Shown: piece by piece, positions 51,501-64,000 of the stretch | Position numbering within the stretch: the stretch's first letter is position 1 | Layout of the letters: each line of letters starts with the position of its first letter | Assembly: GCF_030684315.1 (NCBI RefSeq) | Contig: NC_081391.1 | Span: 14,051,342-14,115,341, forward strand | Reading direction: 5' to 3' | Length of the DNA: 64,000 bases | Source: Stegostoma tigrinum | Taxonomy: Eukaryota | The notes under the pieces: generated by a model | What the model saw: only the letters and a program-made list of their open reading frames with translations | Database searches by the model: none | Told to the model about the DNA's origin: nothing | Position numbers and translations under genes: made by a program

Positions 51501-53504
51501 TCCTTTTTGAAGCCAGTGTAGAAAGAAGCCCTTTGGCCCACCATGTCTATACTGACCCCACAAACACTAAACCACATTAATCCCATTTACCTGCCCTTGG
51601 TCCACAGGCCACTGTCCTGGCACTAAGTACATGTCCAGCAAGGCCTTAAACTGATCTGGAGTAGCTGTCTGTCTCCACCACCATCCAAACCTTTGTGGTT
51701 CGTCTCATATTTCTAACTCCCCCTCGGAGTGGGTGAGGAGGGTGAAGAGTTTCCTCCAATCCCCTCGAACCTGCTTACTCCACAAACCTGTATTCTCTCT
51801 GGTCTTGCTGTCTGCCATGGGGAAGACATTCCATCAACTGGCCACTCTCTCTCCAATAATTACATCAGGTCACTCCCTCAGCCTTTCCTGCTCCACAGAA
51901 AATCCCAGCCTTTCTAACTTCCAATCAATGGCTCTTGGGCAACCTCACCAGCATCCCCCTGCAGTGCCATCCTGTCCTTGTGACTGTTGAGGCCAAAGAG
52001 GGAATAATGTGGTGACCAGAAAAACAAACTGTGAAGACTGGTCCCCTTCCTGTTCCACCCCACCAAACTAATAGAGGTTGCTTGCCCTCTGTCACTGTTA
52101 CACCCTGTTGACCTTGTCTGAACTTTGAGGGATCTATGGTTGTGGGCCTTTCTTAACTGTTAGCAGCACAACACACTTTGCAAACACCTCGCTGTCCCTT
52201 TGATGAATTAAATAGCCGTGATGTTTCTGATCATCCTGCTCGGGCATGTATGAAGCCACCAGCACAAGTGGTACTTGAACCTTGGCCTTGTCAGCCAGAG
52301 ACAGGGGCACTACCACTGTACCATGACAGCATTTAGGATTCACTCGTGAATATCCTCGCAATTCCATCAGATGGACCCTGATGCAAATCTTGTCATTATC
52401 CCCCACAATGACCTGTTATTCACCTTCCTCCTTCAGATCAAGGACCGACAGGCAAGGTGAAAGCAATTCTGAAGGAACTGTTCTTCAGCTGTGCTCCAGG
52501 GCTGCCTCAGGGGCTAGCAGTGTTCTCAGTGCTAGGGACACAGGTCTGGATCTGGCCTCTGGTGAGGGGCTGGTGTTTACATGTCCTCCCCTTGTCTGCG
52601 TTGGTGTCCTCATAGTATAAGAGGATTGGCCATCTGAAACGCAGGGTTACAGGAATAGGGTGGGAGAAGGACGGGTTGGGTTCCTCTTCAGAGTAGTTAC
52701 AGACTGATACACATTGTAGAGATTCTGAAGCTTAACTGTCCTTCTTTCCCTCCTCCAGAAGCCAGAGAGGGATGAGTGGGGTAACAGCCTGCAGGCAATG
52801 CAGGTTGCCCTGGATCTGGAGAAGAATGTGAACCAGAGTTTGCTGGATCTACACCAAGTCGCCACTGCCCAGACTGACCCTCATGTAAGCTTCACCTCCT
52901 CATTGACTTCACTGCTAGGCCCTCAGGGCAACACCTTCATTGGTTGGTCTTTTGTGGATTAGAAATTCAGTTAGACTTTGTTTTTGTGCAGATGACATGG
53001 ATCACTTCAGATCCATAGTGATTACAAAATCATTGCTGAGCAGTTGACTCCAAGTCTGTATTTTAACTTGTAAACCTGTGGGGAGGACTGAGGGGATATT
53101 GGTGACTGAATTCTCATTCAGGACCACTGCAGTGGAATGACTTTTATCCATCACAAGTCAACTCTGCTCCAGTAAATAAACAGCAAGATGAAGCTGCTAA
53201 AAAGCAGTTGTCCTCATTGCACAATTTCTCCAGGCATTGGCTCTAGTCATCCCTGACAATCTCCCTCGATATGCACGTTTTTCAGTGGGAATCGTGAAGT
53301 TGTCTTGGATAGTGTTGATGTAACAAGTGTCATGTTCCTCTGTTGCAGCTGTGTGACTTCCTGGAGACCCACTATTTGGATGAGGAGGTGGAGATCATCA
53401 AGCACCTTGGGGACTACATCACCAACCTGAAGCGCCTGGGAGCCCCTGAGAATGGGATGGGAGAGTACCTGTTTGACAGGCTCTCCCTGGAGGACAGCAG
53501 TTAG
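48507..53504 (+). CDS. Ferritin subunit (L/M-like), copy D2; intact, 176 aa
   Basis: Exons 48507-48608, 51241-51387, 52759-52884, 53349-53504; GT-AG introns. TATA at 48413, AATAAA at 53632-53637. Confidence 0.92.
49106..49880 (+). mobile_element. CR1-type LINE 3' fragment in intron 1 of D2 (same insertion as in D1)
   Basis: Collinear with 22445-23221. Confidence 0.85.
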
Positions 53505-55535
53505 TGTGGCCTGGAGTACTGTCTGCCTGGTCTGAATGCATTCCCCACTTCACCCTGGCCAATCTGTCTCCTTCCAGGGAGAAAGGACTTGGAGCAAAGA
53601 ATGTAATGGCTGTACCAGCTGAATGGAAATGAATAAAATGATCTCTTGATCTCAGTTACTGTGCATCATTTTGAGCCCATTGATACCTCTCTTTGGTCAA
53701 GCAAGCTTTCTTGCCTTAGTTCACCACTGCTTTCCCCAACCCCCGTGGACAGACTCCAGGCCTATGGGAGCCAGTTCGAGTTCAAATGGGGCCTGTGACC
53801 TACCCTTAGTACAGCCATCAACTGGTGGCCCTGCTGACCAGTTCCCTTTGTCACTGAAGTCTGCTGCTCCTCCCAGGGGCCCTTGGGTTTTTCTAAACTA
53901 TCTTGGTTCAACTGCATAGATTTGTCTTTCCCCAGAAGGAATCCAAAATTCCTTCAAGTGGCTTCCTCAGTTTTTTGCTTTCTTTCCTTTGCCCCGGGCT
54001 CAGTCCCTCCCCATAACTGGAAGTCCACCAGCCCTGAGCTGGGGAAATTCAGCCCAAACATTCTGAACAGTCACATTCCAGAGAATCCTCTCCAGTTTCT
54101 CTGGGGCTACTTGATTGATAGTGGATGCTCTTGATACCATAAATACAAGGATTGGTGACCTGGGGCTTGGATGATAGCCCACAGTTCAAAATACTCACAT
54201 TTGGTTTAAGCTTGCAGCGACAACTGGCCTCTGACTGTTGAAGGGTTTGTACAAAAAGCTGCTGCCTTGGTTCTTGGAACCTTTCCATGGGCTGATGAAA
54301 TTTTTTTGACCCAGTGAGGGAGCAGGGATTTCTGGCGAAGGTGGGGACTGTCTCCTTCAGTCAAGATGCCTGGACATGCTGATTTTCCTGTACAGCTGTT
54401 TCCTTGATCATTCAAGGTGTCAGATCATGGGTTAGGGAGGGGGTGATCAGAGACAGCCCAGAGATTGTCGTGAGTTTTCGCACAAGTGCACACTGTAGCC
54501 TTTAGGGAGAGTGTGGGTCATTAAGGTGCTGAATATATTTGTTTTGTTTGCCCCATATCCCTCAACCATGCCTTTCCCTGGAAATCACCAAATGTCTTGT
54601 AACAACTGTAATTGCACCCACTTCTCCTGCTTCGTATAACAGCTCATTCTTTACATAAACCATTTTCTGTGGGAAAAGCTCTTCCACCCCCCCCCCAACC
54701 CCACATGCCTGTGTGTGAAAACATTACCCCTACCACCTCTAGTTTCGAACTCCCCTACCCTGTCCCAGCATGCTTACTGTATGCAGTCAAGCTTGAGTCT
54801 GCCAATGGCAAGGCCACATTTAGTGCTCAGCAAGTGTTACACTTCAGGAGGTGATGATGAGCTGGTCATTACAGTCCACCTGGTGTCGGAGAGACCGGAA
54901 TGATGCTGCTGCTGAGGAGGGGCTTCTGGGATTTTCATTCACAAACAGGGATATTTTCCCAAGTCAGGATGGTGACAGACTTACATGGAGCTCCATTGCA
55001 TGTTGTTGGTGCTGCCTCCAGCCAGAACATTGAAAACTGTTCCAGCATTACTCACTCCTAACTTCAGTCTTATTGATGGTGGACCGGCTTTGGAAAGTTA
55101 GAAGTTGCGTAATCACAACAGAATTCCCTGCCTCTGACTTCCCAGTTTTTGAGTTGTTCACTCTACAGAATGCAATGAAAACTGTAACAGATACTGTCAC
55201 CTTGGAAACATGCTGGCGTTAAGCGCTGATTCAACTTCAATAATGTAAAACCAAACATGGAGACAGAAATGTTCAACGTGCGATACATTTCTAGCAGCAG
55301 CTGAGACACAGAACCCTGAGGCCTACTGTGTATAAGAGGCACTCAGCACATTTAGCATCTTGCTTTTCAAACTGGGCTTCATGCGACCCTAAGTCACGGT
55401 GATCACAGCAGATTCAGAATGGATCTACAAAGGACATCGGTTGCCTGTATCAGACGATCCAAAAGCACGTTATTCTGTTGCTGCACAGAAATAGGAAAAT
55501 GTTCATATCAACCAAATCAGGGCATTTGACAAAGA

Positions 55536-56995
55536 TGAGGATAGCAAAGGTCATTCCCCTGTTCAGAGGATAGCGAATGTGGTTCCCCTGTTCAAGAAGG
55601 GGAGTAGAGACAACCTGGTAATTGTAGACCAGTCAGCCTTATCTCAGTTGTTGGTAAAGTGTTGAAAAAGGTTATAAGGGATAGGATTTATAATTATCTA
55701 GAAAAGAATAAATTGGTTAGGGATAGTCAGCACGGTTTTGTGAAGGGAAGGTCGTGCCTCACAAACCTTATTGAGTTCTTTCAGAAGGTGAGCAAACAGG
55801 TATTTGAGAGTAAACCGGTTGATGTGGTGCATATGGATTTCAGCAAGTCGTTCGATAAGGTTCGCCACAGTAGGCTATTGTACAAAATGCGGAGGAATGG
55901 AATTGTGGGAGATATAGCAGTTTGGATCGGAAATTGGCTTGCTGAAAAAAGACAGAGGGTGGTCGTTGATGGAAAATGTTCATCCTGGAGACCAGTTATT
56001 CGTGGTGTACTGCAAGGGTCGGTGTTGGGTCCACTGCTGTTTGTCATTTTTATAAATGACCTGGATGAGTTTGTAGAAGGATGGGTTAGTAAATTTGCAG
56101 GCGACACTAAGGTCAGTGGAGTTGTGGACAGTGACGAAGGATGCTGTAGGTTGCAGAGAGACATAGATAAGCTGCAGAGCTGGGCTGAGAAGTGGCAAAT
56201 GGAGTTTAATGCAGACAGGTGTGAGGTGATGCACTTTTGTAGGAGTAACTGGAAGGCAAAGTACAGGGCTAATGGTAAGATTCTTGGTGATGTGGATGAG
56301 CAGAGAGATCTCGGTGTCCATGTACACAGATCCTTGAAAGTTGCCACCCAGGTTGACAGGGTGGTTTAGAAGGCATACAATGTTTTGGCTTTTATTAATA
56401 GAGGGATTGAGTTCCAGAACCAAGAGGTTATGGCGAAGCTGTACAAAACTCTGGTTAGGCCGCACTTGGAGTATTGTGTACAGTTCTGGTCACCCCATTA
56501 TAAGAAGGATGTAGAAGCTTTGGAAAGGGTGCAGAGGAGATTTACTAGGATGTTGCCTGGTATGGAGGGAAGGTCTTACGAGGAAATGCTGAGGGGCTTG
56601 AGGCTGTTTTCATTCGAGAGAAGAAGGCTGAGAGGTGACTTAATTGAAACATATAAAATAATTCGAGGGTTGGATAAGGAGAGCCTTTTTCCTAGGATGG
56701 TGACAGCGAGCACGAGGGGGCATTGCTTTAAATTGAGGTGTGAACGATATAGGACAGATTTCAGAGGTAGTTTCTCTACTCAGAGTAGTGAGGGAATGGA
56801 ACGCTTTGCCTGCAACGGTAGTAGATTCACCAACTTGAGGTACATTTCAGTCGTCATTGGACGAGCATATGGACGTACATGGAATAGTGTAGGTTAGATG
56901 GGCTCCATATCGGTATGACTGGTCGGCACAACATCGAGGGCCGAAGGGCCTGTACTGTGCTGTAATGTTCTATGTTTTATGTTCTATATTCTATG
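55536..56995 (+). mobile_element. 5'-truncated CR1-type LINE upstream of E2 (same insertion as E1)
   Basis: ORFs 55659-56369 and 56385-56897 encode CR1 reverse transcriptase motifs (FADD changed to FAGD); same junctions as the 29531 copy. Confidence 0.93.
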
Positions 56996-57178
56996 GCTCC
57001 AACACCAACGTTCAAAAGTTATGACGGCTATTCCCTCAGATTAACAATCCGACGAAATTGTGCAAATCTGTGATGACTGAGTCTTAACGCACAACCTCAG
57101 ATACACAAGCGAAGGTTTAGAGTATATTTTATTGTCATTTTGTGGCAAATACATTTACAGAATGTGCACTTGTACAGG

Positions 57179-57364
57179 AGGTCAAAGGTCATTCAGCAAT
57201 TCCATCATCGACCAGTTGTCAACTGTGATTCGTTTCTGGATCCAGTTCCCATCCTGCACTGATTGGACGTGGCAGCTGATCAACTGATCATCAAGAGTGA
57301 TTGGCCATCACTGATGATGTCATTTCCTGCTTCATAAAAAGAGGGTCTGCCCCTGGGGTATAAA
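57179..57364 (+). promoter_or_regulatory. Ferritin E2 promoter
   Basis: Perfect DR1 at 57179-57191, two GATTGG boxes, TATAAA at 57359-57364. Confidence 0.7.
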
Positions 57365-57451
57365 TAGAGTCCCACGGGAATGATGTTGATTGTTCTTCCT
57401 AATTTTGTTATTTTGGTGGTGAAGAGAATAAAAGAAATTTATTGTCACAAG

Positions 57452-60400
57452 ATGGCCTCCCAGATCAGTCAGAACTATCACCAGGATTGTGAAGCTGCTG
57501 TCAACAAGCAGATTAATGTGGAGCTCACTGCCTCCTATCTCTATCAGTCTTTGGTGAGTGCTGTCTCTCGGGGTTAAACGTATAAATCTGTTCTGTTGAA
57601 GTAAATTCTTTGCCTGGCCTCTAGTGAAGCTGACAATCTAGTAGATTGAGGTTTTGTGGCTCCTACCTAAATATCAGTTCAGGATAGAGGTGGTGTTACT
57701 ATCACGATGGTGTAGGATACTGATGTATGTTAACTCAGGTCCCAGTTGGCCTTCAGTGGTATCTGGAGGGTAAAAGCCTCTTGCTTTTGTTTTCTTTCTG
57801 ACACAAGTTTCCTGACTTCATTTGCCTGATCTCTGTGGTGGTCCTAAACAAACATGCTGATTTTTTTTAACACTGACAATAACAATAACTTCCCTGTTGC
57901 AGTGGCCCTTGTTAGTCTGAACAAACCTGAGGCTAGTCTGTGACTGGTATCTATTTTATGTGGATCTCCTTCATTGAGGCTGACTTGGCTTTACTTGTAT
58001 TTATTCAAGAGGTGGGTGTGGCCTATCCCGTTCCTACTGAGAGTAGATCTGCTGTGTGTGAGAAATGTTCGATCCCCTCTCTGCCCCCTCTCCACCCCAC
58101 CCCACCCCACACTGGGGCTGCGGGAATGTGCTGAGGCTATTAGCCCAGTGACATTGAAGAAATGGAGGTTGTTCCCATATCATTTAGCTTGACCTAAAAC
58201 AAAATGTCCCCTCTATCCTGGTGGTGATGTGACTGTGCCCTTCCAAGGAGTAGAATGTGCTTGGAAGGTATGTGTTGAAGTAACCTTGGTGAGTGCTGCA
58301 GGGGACCTGGTAGGTAATGGACCCTGAAAGGAGGTGGTGAATGCAGTCCCCATGAAGTGGGCTGCCCTGTCCTGGATGGTGTCTGCTTCTTGCATGTTGT
58401 AGCTCCCCTTCTACAGACACATGGGGAATATTCATCTCCCTCTGGGCTTGTGCCTATTGGAAGGAAGTTGTCTTGTAATGAGGACTAAGTCCCTATAAGC
58501 CTCACTTGGGAGGTGGGACCGCTTTATTGGTGAGCCAGTTGTTGGGGTTTAATCACTGTGTCCCACCTCTACTGGCACATGCTTCCCAAGGATAAAATCC
58601 CGACTATCTTCTGCCACAACTTGTAACTACCCACTGAAACCACAGATATTTGCTTGCCTGAGTGTGGTTTTTGGATTTGAGGATTCAAGTAACTTTTCAG
58701 GAGTCCTTCCCCAGAATATAACTCTTAGCTGATGCTTCCAATAGCGAGCATTAGCTCTTAAACCCTTACATCGAATTGTGAACGTGACAGTTTAGATATG
58801 AGTCACATGGGCTGAAAACCTACAGGATTTTTTGCCTGTTTGGGTAAAGTCAGGGCAAGTGTTTTTCCAGGTTACTGTTTTCACTAGTGACGTTATCTAC
58901 AGGCCACTAATAGTTGACATTTGATCATTTGTTTTGCAATTTGTTTCAGTCATGTGACTTGGTGCAAGCTTTTGACAGCCTGAGTTTGCACTATTTAGGC
59001 AGAGCAATAACCCACTGCTGCAACGATCCAAAGGCTGTTACTGGGCAGGCTTTCCTCGGCATTATCTTAGTGCCAAACTCCAAACTGGAGACAGCACACC
59101 TTTGTAGAGTTCATGTGTACACTTACATCCCAATCTCGTTGATCCCGGGTTTGCAGAAAACATGCTCCCTACTAGTCGTTGACTACAGCAGGGTTTCAAC
59201 ATCTTTTTTTCCAGTTTTCCCCAAAGGCAAAACATAGTACCTTGCGTCTTGTAGTTGAGAACTAGAATGGGGAGTGAGCCAGTGATGTCTGATGTAATTT
59301 TAACTTGATCTTCCAGATGTCCTACTTTGACCGGGACGACGTTGCCCTCGCCCATTTCTCCCGGTTCTTCAAAGATCAGTCCCAGGAGAAGCGGGAACAT
59401 GTAGAAAAGCTGCTGAAATTCCAGAATCAGCGTGGAGGCCGAGTCCTCCTCCAGGATGTGAAGGTTGGGGTTGGGTGGTGGGGGAGTGCAGGGGGGAATG
59501 GCTGCTCTTGCGGTGTCATCTCCAGTGACAAGATTTTCAGATCCTGAGCGAGTGTGAGAAGTTCTTTTGCTTGGCTTCCCTGTTTGCTCTCCTCCATCTC
59601 CAGTGTTTCAGCATTTATAAAAGCCCTCTGGTCCACCAGGCCTATGCTGACCCAGCAAAGACCGAACTGTACTCACCCTGTTCTTGGTCCAGGCCCTACT
59701 ATACCCTAGTGTTTAGCACTCGCCCAGCTAGTCCTTTAAACAGTGCTGCAGTAGCCATTTCCAGCACTTTGTTCTTCCGTTCCCCAACACACCCACCAAA
59801 TTTCCTCCAATCCCCTCTATCCTGCTTCCTCAAACCTGTGCCCTCTGGTCTTAGTGTCTGCCATGGGGAAGACATTTTCCCCATCTACTGTCCAGACTTC
59901 CTTGTCTTCCATCAAACAACCACCTCAGCCTCACCTGCTCAAAGGAAACCCCCCAGCCCATCCAATCTCTCTCCTCAATGGATTTTCTGTCTTGGCGAAA
60001 CAACCTGGGGACCCTCACCAGCACCCCCTGCAGTACCATCCTGTCCTTCTGACTAGTGAGGACAACGATAGAATGCAGCAGAGGCCGGAAGAACAATTTT
60101 CATAAAATGTGTTCAAAGGACTTGTCCCTGTGCTGTTCCTCACAACCCTGCCCCAAACTAACACATGTTACTTGGCCTATGTCCCCTTTCACACACAGTT
60201 TGCCTTGTGTGAGCATTGAGGGATCGATGATCCTGTGTTTATTGTAAGCACATTACTGCCCCCCACAATGAATTCAAGTAATGATGGTTCTGACCATGCT
60301 GCTCGGGCATGTATGAGGCCACAAGCACAAGTGAGACTTGAACCTCAGCCTTGTCAACCGAAGCTTGGGACACGACCGCTACTTCCCCCACAGCCCTTGG

Positions 60401-61616
60401 GATTCACTCCTGAATATCCTTTTTAAGACTCCAGCAGATGGACACTGGTGCAAATGACTAATCTGGTACATATTTATTCCCTGTGGTACAAGGATACGTT
60501 CCTGAGCTTCCGGCTTCAGGTCAAGGATAAATGGGGCAAGGTGAAAGGAGTCACCAAGTAGCTAATGTTTTCTTTACCTGGACTTCAGGGATGGCACAGT
60601 GGCTCAGTGGTTGGCACTGTTGACTCAGTGCCAGGGGCACCAGTTTGGTTCTGGCCTGTGACAAGAATTTAAACATTATCCCAAAGCATGGCTTCCCCAC
60701 ACAGGAGAAAAGAGGATTGGCAACTTGAAATGCAGGTTACACGAACAGGGTGGGAATGGGACCAGATGGGATGCTCTTCAGCAGTTATGGTCTCAATGGG
60801 GTGAATGGCCAGCTCCCATGCTGCAGGGATTCTGTTTCTGAAGCTTACCTGTCCTTCTCTCCATCCCCAGAAGCCAGAGAGGGATGAGTGGGGTAACAGT
60901 CTGCAGGCAATGCAGGTTGCCCTGAATCTGGAGAAGAATGTGAACCAGAGTTTGCTGGATCTACACCAACTCGCCACAGCCCAGACTGACCCTCATGTAA
61001 GCTTCACCTCCTCATTCACATCACTGCTAGACCCTCAGGGTAACATTTCATTGGTTGGTCTGTGTGGATTGGAAATTCACTGATGTAACACTTTCCATCC
61101 ATTACTTTCCTGAACTATTGTAACATTGTAATCAGTATGATCCCAAGTGATCAATGAGGTATAAGGGGAATTTGATCTCTAATCTAGTGGAAGTGCTGAA
61201 ATGACGTTGGCCACTGAGTTCTTCATTAGTATCATTGCAGTGGAATGATCATTGTCCATCACAATCCAACTCAGCTCCATTTCACAAACAGCAAGATGGA
61301 GCAGCTGACATGTTGTCCTCACTGGCACAAATTCTCCAGGTGTTAGCTCGCTTTTCAGGGCTGTCCAGAGCTAGTCATGGCTAAGTCTGTCTTGCAGAGG
61401 GAATTCTGAAATTGTCTTGGATAGTATAAATGTACCAAGTGTCATATTCCTCTGTTGCAGCTGTGTGACTTCCTGGAGACTCACTATTTGGATGAGGAGG
61501 TGGAGATCATCAAGCAACTCGGGGACTACATCACCAACCTGAAGCGCCTGGGAGCCCCTGAGAATGGGATGGGAGAGTACCTGTTTGACAGGCTCTCCCT
61601 GGAGGACAGCAGTTAG
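57452..61616 (+). CDS. Ferritin subunit (L/M-like), copy E2; intact, 176 aa
   Basis: Exons 57452-57553, 59317-59463, 60871-60996, 61461-61616; GT-AG introns. TATA at 57359. The poly(A) position reads AATGAA. Confidence 0.92.
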
Positions 61617-63806
61617 TGTGGCCTGGAGTACTGTCTGCTTGGTCTGAATGCATTCCCCACTTCACCCTGGGCAATCTGGCTCCATCCAGGGAGAAGGGGC
61701 TTGTAGCAAACAATGTAATGGCTGTACCAGCTGAATGGGAATGAATGAAATGTATTGATGTTGCTTATTGTCCATCATTGAGACCCTTGATATTAAAGAG
61801 CTTTTGAGAGCTTCAAGCCTGTAATTTTGGCTAATGAAATTATCAATAATTTGACAAAATATTTCCCTGGTCTTCTCTCCAACACACCCCCGCCTCAGTC
61901 TCGGAAATCCCGAGGAACTTCCTCTGTTATGAATCAAAGTTATTCCTCCAGCCAGAGCATGAGGTTGGGGCCTGTGGGGTGTAAAATCACTTTGTACTGT
62001 TATCTCACACCCAGGAATGATGAATACACGTGCAGCTAAAATTTTGTATTGTTTTCAAAAGAGAAAACACGCCTGCATGTGCAAAAGAAAGACTTGACAC
62101 CCACTTTCAGAGAAACAGGGCTGTTGGATGCTTATTTTCATGTCTAGCTTGCATAGCAATAGCTTCCCTGTCAACCTCCACCAACCTAGACTGATGCTAA
62201 AGTCAACTGAAATCACATGTTGATGCCAACATAAATTATGTGCGGGCTGGCTCAGCTTTCCTCAACAAGAGCTTAAGGGAAGAGATCCATCAGCGACCCC
62301 CTCTCTAGCCTTGTGGAGGAGCCAGCAATGCTGGGAGCAATAATATTAAACTTAGCAACTGGGATCTGCCACACCTGGTCTATTCTACTCCAATCATTTT
62401 TATTACTTTGTGCTGAGAGTGCATCCTAGAACTTGAGGTTGGGGCCTGTGGGCAGGAAAATCACTTTTTGCTATTATCTCACAGCACGTACAATGAATAC
62501 ACATGCAGTTAAGATTCTCGGTGAGCCAGTTGAGGTTCAAGCCAAGACCAGCCGTGTGCCCTGCTGACCACCGCCACCAACTGCCTGCCTCAGGACAGCC
62601 ATCAGCAGTTGCTCACAGTGACCAGTTCATTTGTTCCTTCGCCTGAGGAATATGTGCTGCTCTCCCCGGGGATGTGGATTGAATACCCATTGTAGCTCGA
62701 CAAGAGAATTCACACGGGGGGAACCGTTTGCCATGAGTAATCCAAAGCTGTCCTAATGTGGCTTTGCTCCATTTACTTTCTTGCTCTCTGCCAAGTCTTG
62801 GTCAAAAACCCCACCACGCCTAGTAATAAACTTCAGGCCGGCCAGCCCAGAGCTGGGAATATTCAGCACAAGTCTGCTTGAAAAAATTCACCTGAGCTGG
62901 ATGCACTTAATGGCACCTACAGCAGGATAATAGTGACCTGGGAATAACACAGCAACGCTCCTGGTTAAATGCTGCCATTTGATTGGCTCTTGCTGCTAAA
63001 GCCAGCATTGAGCCCACAAAGCTGCTCCCTTGGTTCCTCTGAGCTTCCCCCACGGGGAGGGTTACTCCTGATGCAGGTTGATTTCACCCGATCACATTGA
63101 AGGAGCAGTGTGACTCAGGGAGGAGAACTGGAGATGCTGACTTTCCTGAATGGCTGCTTCCTTTATCTTTCGAGGTGTCAGAGATCGTGGTTTAGGGTGG
63201 GGGCTGTCAGAGACATCCTGGGGCATGTTTCAGGGAGTTTTGTAGCGAGTGCACACTGCAGCCTTCACTGAGGTGTGGGTCTTTAAGGCACTGAATGTAT
63301 TTGTTCCACCACATAAAGTGTTTTATTTTAAACAATCTTGAGTCTTGGCTGTAGAATCCCTGTCGTGCAGGAAGAGGTTTTTCAGCTCATTTCGTCTGCA
63401 CTGATCCTCTGAACAGCATCTTGTTCAGACACACCCTGCCTTCTTACGCCATCTTTCCCATGGCCAGTCCAAAATAAACTGCATGTCTTTGGACTGTGGG
63501 AGGAGGTCCACACAGGCACGGGGAGGATGTGCAGCCTCTACACGTGACTGGAATTGACCCCAGGTCCCTGGCACGAGGGTTCAGTAATGCTAACCATTAA
63601 AATACCCTGTTTGCATACAATTAGAGTTAATGACTCATTCCATATGCAAACAGACCCTTCAGCTACTCCAGCATTATTCCTAACTTCAGTCTTATCGATG
63701 GTGGACAGACTCTGAAAAGTCTGATGTAGAGTTATTCACAACAGAATTCCCAGACTCTGACTTGGTCTCAAAGCCATGAGCTCATTAATTAATTGCCCAT
63801 GGTTTC

Positions 63807-64000
63807 TTAGAAAATAGAACCTAGAACAGTACAGCACAGTTCAGGCCCTTCAGCCCACGATGATGTGCCGAACGTTTATCCTAAACCCAAGGCCTGTCTC
63901 ACCTCCACTACTTTATGCTATCATCCATATGCTTATCTAATAGCCGCTTAAATGCCCCTAACGAGGCCGACTCCACTACACTCTCCGGAAATGCAATCCA
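63807..64000 (-). mobile_element. 3' end of the same CR1 LINE insertion after E2 (cut by the window edge)
   Basis: Collinear with 38309-38500. Confidence 0.85.

Larger units (their letters stand above)
21000..64000 (+). repeat. Higher-order segmental tandem duplication (D-E-A unit, ~26 kb period)
   Basis: ATG offsets are 26654 (D1 to D2) and 26004 (E1 to E2), with shared LINE insertions and near-identical introns. A1 and A2 are offset by 40449. Confidence 0.9.

Noticed and set aside
55659-56897. Long reverse-transcriptase ORFs as a host gene or active element
   Set aside because: This is a 5'-truncated CR1 lacking the endonuclease, with an internal stop and a mutated catalytic motif (FAGD).

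Overview
Eukaryotic (vertebrate) genomic DNA. The HE1-type SINEs, CR1 LINEs and Penelope-derived palindromes point to a cartilaginous fish, probably a shark (inference). The whole window is a head-to-tail tandem array of eight 4-exon ferritin subunit genes on the + strand (coding exons 102/147/126/156 nt, all phase 0, 176 aa). By intron/flank type the order is A1-B-C-D1-E1-A2-D2-E2, with a ~26 kb higher-order D-E-A unit. D1, D2 and E2 look intact. E1 is open but carries damaging substitutions, A1 has a GC donor, and B (promoter deleted), C (1-nt frameshift) and A2 (2-nt frameshift, TATA lost) look pseudogenised. Main observations: (1) all eight copies carry light-chain-type ferroxidase-centre substitutions (E62K, Q141E) but keep E27/E107 and mostly H65; (2) there is no iron-responsive element between TATA and ATG, while the promoter has a conserved AGGTCA-A-AGGTCA DR1 element; (3) exons are homogenised to identity while introns are diverged; (4) A copies carry a piece of their own 3' end, including AATAAA, inside intron 2; (5) a young Penelope-derived palindromic insertion with target-site duplication contains a minimal hammerhead ribozyme core.
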